Notes under the pieces: generated by a model
The model's input: only the letters and a program-made list of their open reading frames with translations
Told to the model about the DNA's origin: nothing
The model's database searches: none
Program-made: the position numbers and the translations under genes
NCBI GenBank assembly: GCA_964187785.1
Contig: OZ076421.1
Location: 48,980,001-49,044,000 of the forward strand
Length of the DNA: 64,000 nucleotides
DNA from: Amphiscolops sp. MND2022
Taxonomy: Eukaryota
Direction of reading: 5' to 3'
Part shown: piece by piece, positions 36,001 through 47,687 of the stretch
Numbering within the stretch: position 1 is the stretch's first letter
Layout of the letters: each line of letters opens with the position of its first letter

Positions 36001-38117
36001 CTGTGTCCCATATTTAGGGGGCTAGTGCTCAAGGTTGGAGAGCCATATTTCTGCCGAAAATTTGGTCACTGAAGAATCAGTGTCGTTCTGTATTCGAACG
36101 TCATGAACGTCATGACCATTTACCTTGATGCTATGAAATTCAGCTTTCCTTCCATCGTGGTGGACCTCTTCTTAAGTGGCGATTTGTTCTGCGTAAAACA
36201 TGCTTTTTTCGGATGAAGAGGGATCTTCGAATTTTTTTCCTTCACAAGTATGGTACACTGGTGCATTTGATTTTCGATAGATTTTCCCCTCAATTCGCGA
36301 GACTTCTTGTCTTTTAACTCTGCACATTCTGGAGTAGTGTCCTTGTTCGAACAATTGTGAAGTTTTTCATCCTTTTCAGGGCACTCATAAAGTGGGTGGA
36401 AAGGTTTTCGTTCAAATCGTCAACACTGTTCTGGACTCTGACGGCGACTCAGATATTTTTAGTCGGCGTTTTTCTAGTGAAAAGAACCTGACTATTACTG
36501 TTTTTTTATGTTTTTGTCAGACTACAATCCTCACTCTGATTGGTCCACTTTTCTTACAACAGAAACTACTAAAACTACTAAGGCATAAAACAAATCGTGT
36601 TAGAGGAAATTTTGTGAAAAGGGTCCCCCTTTCATTTTTTTAACTTTTTTGGGGCAATTTATAAAACCGGACGTGCCTAAAGGGTCCCCTCATTGGATTT
36701 CGTGTGGCACTGTGCGTCCTTTTTTCGAAAATTTTAAAAAGTCCCCAAGGGGTTCCTTTTTCTGTGTTTACTTTTTCAACGTAATCAACAAACTTCAATT
36801 TTTTTCCAAGACTTTGGGACATTTTCCCAATATTTACAAATTTCTCCAAAGGTTCCCTTCATTTTTTTGGTTTTATGCAACTGAATGGATGTTGAAAAAG
36901 CCCAAGGGGTCCCTCTTCTACAATTTTTGGCATAATGGAATTTTTCTGAATGATATATTTTTGTCCTCAAATTTTTTTTTCAGTTTTTAAAAACTTTGCG
37001 CTTTTTGAGCCTGATATGTAGCGCCGACTGTAGACGTTCCCGTCTTTTCTATGATCAGTGCCACGTTTTTCCGCATATGCAGCCACACTTGAAGTTGACT
37101 CTTGAACTGAGCTCTAAGCAAACCTCTTGGCCTGGGCTCTATACTGAATGAGCTGAAGCAGTTCCTTCACAGTCAAGTTGTTGTTTGCTCTGAGTGCCTC
37201 AAATAGAATGAGTTGGCTTCGCTGTCTCACAGTCCGGGGATGAATTGTAATCGATCAATTCTGCTTCAGGATCCAGAGAAACTTTGAGATCGATCCACAT
37301 ACTTGCAATACTCTCAGCCTCTCGTATCCTAGCAAGGTAGTCGGTTTCTGCTTCTTTTCCCCCATGGGACATCTGAAGGAAGCCAGCGGTTTCTGCAGTC
37401 ACCAGTTGCCTCTTGTTTTCAAGACCTTCCTCAAGTTCGGGTAAGAGTGTAGGCATACACATAGAGATCTGAGTTCGAGATCGCTGGGTTGATTTAAGCC
37501 TTTGTGTTTCTCGAAGAACACTTCACAGCCCTGCTCTGACTTGCTCAAAATATCTGTCGTGGATGATTAGGCAGTCGAACGTTCTCAGGTCTTCAAAGGT
37601 ATTTGGGGACCCAGTAAGTTGACAATAAACTATGCCGCATACGTTAGTAAGACCTCTCAATGAAGCCACCAACTGAGTTACACTTTGAGGTTGATAGTTG
37701 TAACTTTTGTGGGGTGTGATAGTATTGTTAATCAGATCGTGCCACGATCTCTGTTTCGTAATTTTAAAATCTTCAGACTTTCGATAGTTGTAAACGTCCC
37801 TTGACTTGGTCACAGACTCTGGGTCCAGACTAAAACCGGGACCGGCTTGGACGAGTTCTCGTTGTTGCTTACGCAAACTGATTTGAAGATCTTCAAATGA
37901 GTTGTACAAAGATATGGCAGCAATAATTTTAAGCATGCTAAATTGAAGTTCATCTTTTTCTAGAAAACCAATTTTCGTGTTTCCTGCAGGTTAAAACACT
38001 TTTCTATAAAAACTGATATTCACTAGACGACATATACCAAAGGGACATCGACTTATTGAAAAAACATACATCAAAAACAGCAATATATAATAAAGACATA
38101 AATCAGTATATATATCT
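33034..38117 (-). mobile_element. Ty3/Gypsy LTR retrotransposon (family B) inserted into the CRE family E element; decayed
   Basis: Diverged direct repeats at ~33034-33141 and ~37974-38117 (TCGTGTTTCCTGCAGG...TAATAAAGACAT...TATATATATC). Minus-strand PPT AAGGGGAGA at ~33142-33150. gag 37050-37950, knuckle at ~36320-36360, RT (LPQGMQNAS) 35135-35467, RNase H (TTDASVKAIGGILSQ) 34528-34911, integrase 33600-34350. Confidence 0.85.
36456..37048 (+). mobile_element. Complete family R Helitron2-type element inserted in gag
   Basis: TTTTT-AGTCGGCG (36461-36468) ... CGCCGACT (37022-37029), then hairpin AGACG-TTCC-CGTCT (37032-37045) and TTT. Internal ~60-bp GGGTCCCC minisatellite. Confidence 0.8.
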
Positions 38118-38119
38118 TC

Positions 38120-38840
38120 TCACTTTCACGAAGTCTAAATCTTGGGACAGTCTCGCGCTGCGCTACAGTTGGGAGCCTAAGAACTTACCTGTCAAATTCC
38201 CATGTGGTGAACCCTTCAATGTTGCCCATTCCTTACACTGCGGAAAAGGAGGCTACACCCACATGAGACATAATGAAATACGTGATACGTTCGCAAAGAT
38301 AATGAAAGACGTTTGCTTTGACGTCGAGGTGGAGCCGAAATTTCAGAGGTTAGAATGTGAATCCTTCGAACATAAATCAACGTGCACTGAAGATGAAGAT
38401 CGTCTCGATATCAGATCAATTGGACGCTGGGATTCAAGATTCTCGAGAACGTGGTTTTGACGTCAAACTTTTTAATCCGCCGGCCAAGTCCTGTCCCCAA
38501 GAAGTAAAGGAAGCATTTAAATTTCATGAACCTTTGACAAAAACTGAAATACGAACAGAGAATCCTTGTTGTGGAAAACAGCTCATACAATCCTTTTGTC
38601 TTTCCGTGTTCAGGAGGCGCATGTCCTTCAGCCTCGAAAGTTATATCCCGACTTTTCCTGAAGATCAGCGAAAAAGGACAAGACAACCACTCAGACGCCA
38701 TAGGATATAGCAGGACGCAAGTTAGTTTCGCTTCGCTACGCAGGTCCGTGCTATGCCTTAAAGGGTCTCGATCTACTCGCCGTCAAACTGACGAATCATC
38801 CATCTCTACAATGGTTGAAGAGAGAAGGATGTTGTGACTC
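38120..38840 (+). mobile_element. CRE family E element, C-terminal Zn finger and restriction-like endonuclease part
   Basis: LRYSWEP..CGEPFNVAHSLHCGKGG..RHNEIRD..VEVEP..RLDI; FDVK; RTQVSFASLRRSVLCLKGSR (ORFs 38056-38460 and 38571-38837). Confidence 0.85.
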
Positions 38841-40029
38841 ACCTCGACGATCCTAATTTTGTGATTCTTGCGATAAATTTATAGTTGATGTTTTTAAAAT
38901 TATGATGCCCTAGTTCATAAATGTTTCCTCTACTTGATGTTTTTGGTGCTTTTTCATTCAGGGGACAGTTTTTGACATGGTAAGAAGGCTCTGTAGCGTT
39001 CTGTCACCCAGCTAATTTTTTTTCTGAGCCTAATTGTTGTGATAAACTCATTAAACAGCCTTGTGCTGTTTAATAAGTCAATTTCTGATAATTGTTGATT
39101 CCCAGAGACAGAAGGATCTATCTGTTCAAGTTCACGCACCCTTGGTTTTGGATATCTCCGCCCTGGTTTTAGGACTCTGTTTGTTCAGTCCCCTGTATCT
39201 TCTTCCCTACTTGCTATCTACATCATGTTAGGTCGTTCCAATTTACTTCTCTTTTCGTATTACTTATGGTCGTTCTTTTGGGCGCCAGCTCCTTGAATCA
39301 TGCAAAAAACCGTCTATCGAGTAAAACAAAAATATTACTCCGTAAAATTGTTATTGTCATTTCTGGTTTGAGCTTCAACTATGACGCCATAAATAAAAGA
39401 AAATTGTTCAATTTCAATTTCAGTTAAACAATCCACTGAAAAAGGTTGAAGTCTTTTCGTGACGCGATTTGATTAACATTTCACCTACTACCCACGCCAA
39501 CACTAACAATTGCTCCATCTTCCTGTAAAACTTACTCTAAATCATCAAATCCTACGAGTAAAACAGAGTCAAAGCCATTATATATTACGAACGACACCTC
39601 ACCAGCAACATCTAAGACAGACTCAAATCTCTTCCTTTTGTCATTGTGGAGATCATTAAAGACATCTTGCCCAGGAGGAAAGTCAGAGATAGGCAAAGTG
39701 TTGAAAAATACAAATCTCTTCATCTCGAACCCAAACTTGAATAAAGGCTACTTTCCGTTGTATTCAAATAGATCAACAAACCTGAACGAAATATTTTTCA
39801 AAAAAGGCCGAAAAAACTTAAAAAACGTCGACGTAGAGCGAGGAAAAGAAAAACTAGTTGAGAATAGTTGCACCTTTACAACCTGTTCTTTGGGCAGGTA
39901 ATTTTGCTGAAGAGACTGTGACCTTGCTGAATTGCAGTTTCAGCCTCAACCTTGAAAGCATGCCTCCCTAAAACTAGCTCCTTCCTCGAGGATAACTGTC
40001 CCAAATCTAAAACGAAATACAACCCTGAT

Positions 40030-43000
40030 ATTAAAACACGGACATTATTTCCCGCAATGGCTGTGATGAGTAGTATCATGCTGCTTGCGCTGGAATTGAA
40101 GCTGCTGACCTATCTAGTCTGAAAAAAGACGAGTCTGTAAACTGGTACTGCAAAAATTGTAACACTCAAGCTTCACAGTTGTTACAGTTGTTCCCGAAAA
40201 CGTTTATCGACGCAGTTGACATTATTATACAACCGGAAGCAAAATGGTGATACAACTGCTCGGAATGAAGACTACCAACAGCTGAAAGAAATCAAAGAGT
40301 CCCTCCAACAAGTAAACTCCACAATCAATGAGCTTTTGGAGAAGAATCAATCTGTTTGTGCTAACTACGTTGATGCCGTGAACAAACATGCAATTCAATA
40401 CAGTAGAAAAGACCACAGACCCCCAACCAAACGTATTGAACGTGATCTCACTAAAATTTTGATAGTGAGTAACTCGAACAAACTTACAAACAGTATCTAA
40501 ATTAAAAGAGATTTCGCCAAGTTCTCCCTCAAAAACGACTGGTGTATGCATTCAACATTGCCAGAGGCAAAATTCACCTCGAATTCCACAGTAACTAGGA
40601 GGCAGAAGATGTTTTCAGCTCCTGGCATGAAACGATTCTCGGTACCAATACATTAATCAGAAATCCCTCCTCTCCTGAGCAGCCTAATAGATTAGTTCTG
40701 GTGAGAGGTATTTCTCACGGAAATTGCAGAACAAACAATCATTGACAATCTTGCTCAAGAAATTTCCAACGTTAAAACCACCCGTTTTGTCAAGCGAGAT
40801 AAGACAGTTTTGGGAACGGTTAGATAAACATTTTCTTCGGCAGAAGATGCAGTAAAAGCAGTAGACCAAGTTTTTTCTATTGACTATCTTTTCTACCGAC
40901 CTTCGTACTTCATACAACAAAGAGTTTAAATCATTGGATATTATAACTGCCAAAAATTGGACAAGTGAGCGCAAATTGCAAATTTGAAAAACATTGCGGA
41001 AACTGCAGCCAGAACCATAACTTCACGGGTTGCCCGAACAAACATCTTGACCCTACGTGTGCAAACTGCGGTGAAAATCATCAGACTGCCTCATTTGATT
41101 GCCATTTATACCTGAACAAATTGAAAAAGTCTACAACGCAAGTGATTCTCCTCTCCTCAAATCTGTCATGAAAGCTCTACAAAACAAAAATGAAACATGA
41201 AACGGCTACATTTGTGAAATTGAACATCTCTGGTATAAGTGAACAAAGGGAAAACGGCGTTTGAACGTTTTCTAGATGAGAAACGACCCTTCTTTGTTTG
41301 TCTCAACGAAACAAAACAAATTGCGTTCTGACTTCTTTAATAACTTCCACACGGAAGCTTCTCAGACTGAAAACTCTGGTGGAGTCGCGCTTTCAGTTAA
41401 CCAAGAGATCCTTTATACAAGAATCAACGACGTCGAATGCCCAGATTTAGACAGCGTCTAGATTTTGGGCTTTCTCGGAAACTCAAACTCTTGGTAGCTA
41501 CTGCTTACATCAGACCAAAAAGCATAGACTGGCTTGAATCATTCCTTCAACAACTGGAAGCACTCGAACAATTCGGTAACATTAACCAACTTGACGGTTT
41601 ACTGTTCACTGGAACACCTCGACGAGGTCACGTGCCAGTTCTACTTGACATCTCTCCTTTGGAATACTCTAAGGTAGTTAATGACCGAATGTGGTCAGAA
41701 TAAGCTGATTGGGCCAGTTGGACCAATACATCCGAAGAACTTAGCGAAGAGATAATTGAAATCAATGTTTGTAATGAAATTTGGTCAAGGAGGCAAAAAG
41801 CGAAGCATCAGATAAGTTCATTTCAACTAAAAAATCATGCCACCACACTAAGCCCTTCCGGAACGCTAACCCATCGGCGGCTAGTAAAGAGGTAAAAAAA
41901 TTTTTGAAAAATGCCGTAAACAGTTCAGAGTAAAATCTAACTACTCTAATGGTCTAGCACTGGACACAGCTAAAGAACACTTCAAAAATTCTCTGGCCCT
42001 GGAAGGTTCAAACTAGATGCAACGTTTATTGCGTGAATGTGGTTACAAAAGAGGTAAAGAGTTCTAGAAGACCTACAACAGGCTATATGAAAAGAACACT
42101 GGTAATATTGTTCCCATCCGCACTTCCTCGGATCAACTTGCATGCAATGAGTCAAAGATTGCCGACGAATTCCGAAAAAATATTTTCGAAGGTAAACATC
42201 TTCCCGCTCTCCACAAAATTGACGAAGACCATCATGAATATGTGGAAAAACAAAATTCAGTCAATTCGAATTATTATAAACATAATGATGAAACTTTTGA
42301 AGATGAAATAATCATATCTGAACTAGAACAAGCTCTCAAAAAACTTCCACCTACTGGGTCCTTCGAAAATGACAACTTACATACTTTGATACTGAAACAC
42401 TTGGGATCCCGCGTCACGCTATCTGTTCTTTATCTATTCAACAAAGGCTGGGCTGAGGGTATCTGGCCTTGGAACAAATCAAAAGATACCTTCATCAGAA
42501 AACCAAACAAAAAAATTCTACTCGGAATGTTTTAGTTTCCGACCACTGACAATTTCCAGTCACATGGGAAAATTAATGGAAAGGATTGTAACCAAACGAT
42601 TAACCATGCACTGTAAACGAAACAACTTGATACGGCAACAGCAGAAGTTTTCGAGCTAAGCACAGCACTAAACGGTCCTTTTTTTGACTACACCTTGAGA
42701 TGGAGTCAATCAAGCGTTTGAAAAAACCCTCAGCTCTACTAAGCGTTGACTTAGGGAAGGGAAGGCGTTCGACAGCGTATGGACTGACGGATTTCACAAA
42801 CAGGTGTTTTTCATCTTGGGGCCTCTCGAAAAATGCTACACATTATTAACATTTTCCTCCGAAACAGTAAAGTGTTTATACAAATTAGCAACTCCAAATC
42901 GAAATGCTTTGTAACAAAGACAGGGCTCCCTCAAGGCAGAGTAATATTGCCTCTTCTATTCATTATCTACATCAATGATCTTTTGGCGACACATACGAAC

Positions 43001-43520
43001 AGTTTCAAACATGCTGACGATACATCTGTTTTAGTTACGGGCGAGAATCTCGAAGACCTCCAAGTTCGGTTGAACTCGGCCTGTAAACAAATAGAATCAA
43101 GGTGTCGAAAGTGGAGAATGGTGGTCAACGGATCCATCACCGAATTGATGCTGCTACACTGTGAGGCGTCTGCAATCAATCTGCCTACGATGAACTCTGA
43201 TACTCGTGCACTGGTGTAGAGCACAAAATCTGTTGGACTTACTATCGACAACTAGCATGAATTACCATGAACACTTGAATACGGTCACGGTCAAAACAGC
43301 AAGAAACTGGCGCATCATACGGAGCAAATGCGCAGATCCATGGGGTCTCAGCATCCCCACTCAATCCTACTTTACAAAACAGTATTTCTGCCACAAATAA
43401 TGTACGCCGCACCAATCTGGATACATAAAAACATCTCGATAAGTTTCAGAAGAACATAATTCGATCAATGTTCAGACATTGTCTATCATCTCCTATTGCT
43501 GCTAGCGAGGTCCTGCATTG
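40030..43520 (+). mobile_element. I/Jockey-group LINE relic: ORF1 (PHD, coiled coil, Zn knuckles) and ORF2 (APE, RT)
   Basis: NGCDE*YHAACAG...NWYCKNC at ~40053-40160; YNCQKIG..C..HCGNCSQNH..C..CANCGENH at ~40930-41100; CLNET, GGVA, ATAYIRP at 41200-41530; GLPQG..PLLFIIYINDL..HADD in ORF 42833-43219. Many frameshifts. Confidence 0.85.
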
Positions 43521-43681
43521 GGTCATGGGTGGCTGTAAATAGGTCGAATTTTTCTGGTCGAAAGGACTGAGGTTGAACCTTTTGATCGAATTACCGGGAT
43601 CGAATGGAATGCGGTCGAATTTTATCGTATTTGTTATAAGGCTCGGTCGCTTCGCTCCCTCCGCCAAAAAGCAACATTGAG

Positions 43682-44234
43682 GGTAAATGGTCACTGGGCT
43701 TAATGCCACTTGGCTTAAAGTCGTTTGGCTTAATACAATTGGTCACTTGGCTTAATTTTTTTAAGCCAAGTGTCTCGGGTATTGGTCACTTGGCTTAAAG
43801 TCATTTGACTTAAAACCACTCAGTAGAAAACACGTGGCAGATTTTGTCGAAATTATCCTTATAACGTAGTCAGCGTATTATTATAACATGTCATATCGAG
43901 TACCCCTCGGATATGTCCCCATTTCCTCTAGTGCCCTGCGGCTCTTGGGGCCGCTTATATTCCCATCTTGCTAAGCGAGGTCGAACAGGAGAAAAGACCT
44001 AGCGTGAACGAAGTTCGCGAAGCGATCGTAGTGGGAGCTGGTCTTTGCGACGGTGAGGGCGAGCGTGCATACACCGCATATGCCCCACATTATATTTCCG
44101 GAAGTTGACATATTTATTCCTTGAGTTGGAATGGAGTTGGCTTAATTTTGTGGTCACTTGGCTTAAAATTTTTAAGCCAAATGACTCGACGGAAAAATTA
44201 AGCCAAATGGTATTAAGCCAAGTGACTGGTAACC
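43682..44234. mobile_element. MITE with 8-bp TSD and GGT termini (Merlin- or MULE-like)
   Basis: TSD ACATTGAG at 43674-43681 and 44235-44242. Imperfect TIR GGTAAATGGTCACT / AGTGACTGGTAACC. Internal CACTTGGCTTAA repeats in both orientations. Confidence 0.8.
43860..44091 (-). repeat. Family H2 terminal fragment nested in the MITE
   Basis: Reverse complement of 45704-45889, extended to the CTGACTACGTTATA end motif. Confidence 0.85.
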
Positions 44235-45258
44235 ACATTGAGGCATGGCCATATGGCACGTCGCTCTGCTTCGCTTCGCTCCTGCATTCAGGGCACTAGG
44301 GGTATGTGAACATATCTGACTACGTTATAAAAATTTCGATCCGAGTTGTTTCGATCCCATTCAAAAATTTGGTATTGTCGACCTGAGGACTAACTCTGAT
44401 TTTCGATCCCGTTCCTTCGACCTATTTCCACCCAAATTATGGTAGCAGAATTAAAAGAAACAAATCAGAAGTAGCTGGAGATCAAGAAGGAGATTGGAAT
44501 TTGCAAACAGAACAAGCGCCCCGAAGAAAGCGCATCAGAGAAAATATAGAGTGATCAGAACAAAGCCAGAGTACCTCTTTGGACACTAAAATGCCCACAG
44601 TAGGCAGTAAAAGAAACCATTATCATTAGGCGAACTTTACTACTTGTAAATCTGCATTTAATGCCCGTTTTGGTTCAACTAGAATTATATCTCTTTGCTC
44701 TGTAATCGTAACCATTTCACGTGCCTCATTGAGTTTCTGAATTGAGATTTGTCCTGGGTCCATTGAACTCTCCTTTTCATCATCTCGTTTCCTTTTTTTA
44801 TGTTTCCTCTGTTGGGTGGGTTTTTTTGTCTGCCGCCCGGGCTGGGGGCACATGACGAATAAAGAATTCGTTGATTGATGACGACAATTCATATCTCTGA
44901 TACTTTTATCAACAATTAGGCTTATTTATTGTTTTCTAAATGAAATAATCTCACCTGGTTTTGTTTGTTCTTCCACACGTTCTTTCTTGCACCAAGAGTG
45001 CTGGTCGCTTCTCACGTCATGCTACTCTCAATTCTCTCACTACTACTACTACTACTCATAAAGGAGACGTTGGGATCTCTCGACTGGCGGGCGGGAATAA
45101 CGTCTAAGGAATAACGTCTAATATGAAAACGGGAATAACGTCTGAATTTAAATCATTTTTCGGGAACAACGTCTAAAGTTTAAGACGTTATTCCCGTTTT
45201 TTTAGACGTTATTCCCGTTTTTTTAGACGTTATTCCCGTCATTTAGACGTTATTCCTG

Positions 45259-45546
45259 TTTTTGCACATGACGAAGTCAATGTGCATTGCAGTCCAGCTA
45301 AGAAAGTTTTTTTTCCACAATAGTCAACTTCATAATGAGCGCCTTTTAGACAAAAGTCAAAACCCCTGAGAGATTCGAACCTGCAGCCTCCCGATTGCAC
45401 GGCATAAGTGTTGACCACTGTGCCATAGGAACGTTATTGAACAAAGTTGAACTGTTGAATATATACGCATGCGATTAAAATAATATATATACGCATATTA
45501 AAATAATGTCTTCGTCATGTGTTGCGAAGCACCGCTTCGCCTATGT
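45259..45546 (+). mobile_element. Short Helitron2-type element (family T) containing a tRNA-like segment
   Basis: T-run, then CACATGACGAAG (45265-45276) within the 5' hairpin GCACATGAC-GAA-GTCAATGTGC. CTTCGTCATGTG (45510-45521), then hairpin GCGAAGC-ACC-GCTTCGC (45524-45540) and CTATGT. Confidence 0.7.
45364..45429 (-). promoter_or_regulatory. tRNA-derived Pol III A/B-box segment
   Basis: Minus strand: TGGCACAGTGG (A-box) ... GGTTCGAATC (B-box) at tRNA-like spacing. Acceptor stem is poor, so not called a tRNA. Confidence 0.55.
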
Positions 45547-45703
45547 GTAAAAACTGAACTCTGGAAGTAAAAATATTAATTTCTGAATGTTTTCACACAA
45601 ACTGACCAGCACAAAAATGGGTCGTGGCAAGGGTATTATTGTCTTTGGTACCCTCAATTCGAACAACAATTCAGAATATTTAATACTTACATACCACATA
45701 CCT

Positions 45704-45889
45704 AATGTGGGGAATATTCGGTGTATGCACGCTCGCCCTCACCGTCGCAAAGACCAGCTCCCACTACGATCGCTTCGCGATGTCCGTTCCCGCTAGGTCT
45801 TTGCTCCTGTTCGACCTCGCTTAGCAAGATGGAACATAAGCGGCCCCAAGGGGCCGCAGGGCACTAGAGGGAATGGAGACATATCCGAG
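45704..45889 (+). repeat. Family H2 copy
   Basis: Inverted copy of 43905-44091. Contains hairpin GCGGCCCC-AA-GGGGCCGC followed by AGGGCACTAG. Confidence 0.85.
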
Positions 45890-47687
45890 ACATGTTTTAT
45901 ACTTTGAATCACTTTATAGCATCAGATCTTGATTGACCTGAATTTTCCCAATTTTAGACGTTCTTCCCGTTTCCTAGACGTATTTAAATTATTTTTGGAT
46001 ATTTTAGGCGTTTTTCCCGATTTTAAACGTTATTCCTGTTTTTCAGACGTATTCTGACGATTTTTTGTTTTTAAACGTTTTTCTGTAATTTTTTAGACGT
46101 TATTCCCGTTTTTCAGACGTATTTTGACAATTTTTCTGTATTTTAAACGTTTTTCTGTAAATAAGACGTTATTCCCGTCTTCAGGTTTAGACGTTATTCC
46201 TCTTTTTAGACGTTATTCCTCTGTTTAGACGTTATTCCCGTTTTTTAGACGTTATTTCTCTGTTTAGACGTTATTCCCGTTTTTTTAGACGTTTTTCCCT
46301 AATATTTCAGTTTAGATGTTATTCCTTTAGACGTTATTCCCGGTGGACCTTTAGACGTTATTCCTTAGACGTTATTCCCTCCTCTACTCTCGACTTCCCT
46401 TCAATGCTCGAACCGCGTGGACTGTACCGAACTGATGGCAAACGCCCAGACGGTGTTACCATGATTCCTTGATAAATGGGTAAACAGCTGATGTGGGATT
46501 TCACGGTTGTGGATGCTCTTGCACCCAGTCGCCTGAATCAAGGCTCTTTATGCCACCCGGGAACCACCGCTACCGAGGATGAAGCGCGTAAAATTGAGAA
46601 GTATCGCGAATTAATAGACAATGGATACATTTTTCAGCCCGTGGCCTTGGAAGTACAGGGCTCTTTAGGCGAGAGCAGTGAAATTTTCATCACGCGTCTC
46701 TGTAAAATGCTGTGTCGTTCGCACGACGATCAACGAGCTGGCAGCTTTTTGAAGCAACGGATTTCAATGGCTCTTCAGATCGGCAATGCGGCCTGTGTTC
46801 TAGGAACTGTGAGCGACAAAGATGCGTTCGAAGAAATTTGTTACATATAGCCTAATTTTTTTGACCTTTTCATCATAGCAGCTTTAGAAAAAATAGTGGC
46901 TGGTTTGAGTAGTTTGTTGGTTGTTTTTTTTTGTTACTGTTCTACTGGTATGGGGTTCCCTACTTTCGTTGCAGACCACGGGTGTGTGTCTTCTCCCCCC
47001 AACATGATGATACACATGGCACTTGATCGATGACGAAGATCCATGATATCTGATAGAACGAAAAAAAAACTTCCAGCCTAGCCTCGTCAGATGTCAAACG
47101 GTCGTCTCAAATCTTTCCAATCGCTGTTGCTTTTTAACAAGCCCATCACAGCAATTAAACTGTCGAATACTAATCAATAGTTGCACAATTTCCGGTATAT
47201 TAATTTCACTTTGTTCATTGACAAATGGTCGATTCTATATTTTCAGGCGATGATTGTTGTTCTTGGCTGATGGATGACATTGAAAGATTCTGCGAAATTA
47301 CTGGTTAGTATTTTTCGAACTGAAAATAAATGTAATTTTTTCAAATGGCCAGCTTTTTTATTTATCTCGCGCCTGGCAACGTTACTGGCTGATGTTTCTG
47401 GGTCACCAGTGTCAAACTTTGGAATTCACTCCGCGACAAAAACAAGCGGTGGCTTCCTTTGATACCTTAAAATCGAAGCTGAAAACTTACCTCTTCTTCA
47501 AGCTTTGTTTTAAAAATAGCATTACATCGTCATCGTGAATGTTCCTAGCGGAAACTATTTTGGACAATGTTGAACTTCAGATTACGGAAGAATAAAAGCG
47601 AAAAGACAACTTAATTTTTTTACTCGAATTGATGCTTACGGAGGTGCCTTTCCTGTAGCCAAGGCCTGGTAGTCAATTTTTGATTAA

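Larger units (their letters stand above)
43628..44330 (+). repeat. Family H1 copy, split by an insertion at 43682-44234
   Basis: The two halves rejoin to match the uninterrupted copy at 59888-60030. Confidence 0.85.
43527..44433. mobile_element. TIR element, outermost layer of a nested stack
   Basis: GGGTGG..AAATAGGTCGAA at the left end and TTCGACCTATTTCCACCC at the right end. Internal GATCGAA-type repeats. No TSD identified. Confidence 0.55.
45086..46386. mobile_element. MULE-like element built from an AGACGTTATTCC minisatellite, with nested inserts
   Basis: 9-bp TSD CTCTCGACT at 45077-45085 and 46387-46395. Inverted ends GGGAATAACGTCTAAGGAATAACGTCTAA. Confidence 0.85.
44980..47070 (+). 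mobile_element. CRE family D copy 2, 5'-truncated, interrupted at 45086-46386
   Basis: 44980-45085 and 46387-46850 rejoin as LSCTKSAGRFSRH..KRPDGVT..WDFTV..CYI. 3' UTR and A-tail at ~47060. A (CTA)n-type expansion lies at ~45039-45057. Confidence 0.9.

Noticed and set aside
39028-39095. Spliced-leader-RNA-like element: a 31-mer ending in AG, hairpin ATTAAACAG/CTGTTTAAT, then AATTTCTGA
   Set aside because: No GT donor follows the putative leader, the Sm-like site is imperfect, and the opposite strand reads like a decayed coding fragment. It would be revived only if the 31-mer is found at mRNA 5' ends.
43859-44330. Single element bounded by a 15-bp TIR TTATAACGTAGTCAG
   Set aside because: The two motifs belong to different repeats (H2 and H1) on different nesting levels, as shown by the ACATTGAG TSD.
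45262-45524. CACTA/Chapaev-type MITE (CAC ends, TTG 3-bp TSD)
   Set aside because: The host minisatellite does not resume after the right repeat. A hairpin follows instead, which fits an asymmetric Helitron2 end better.
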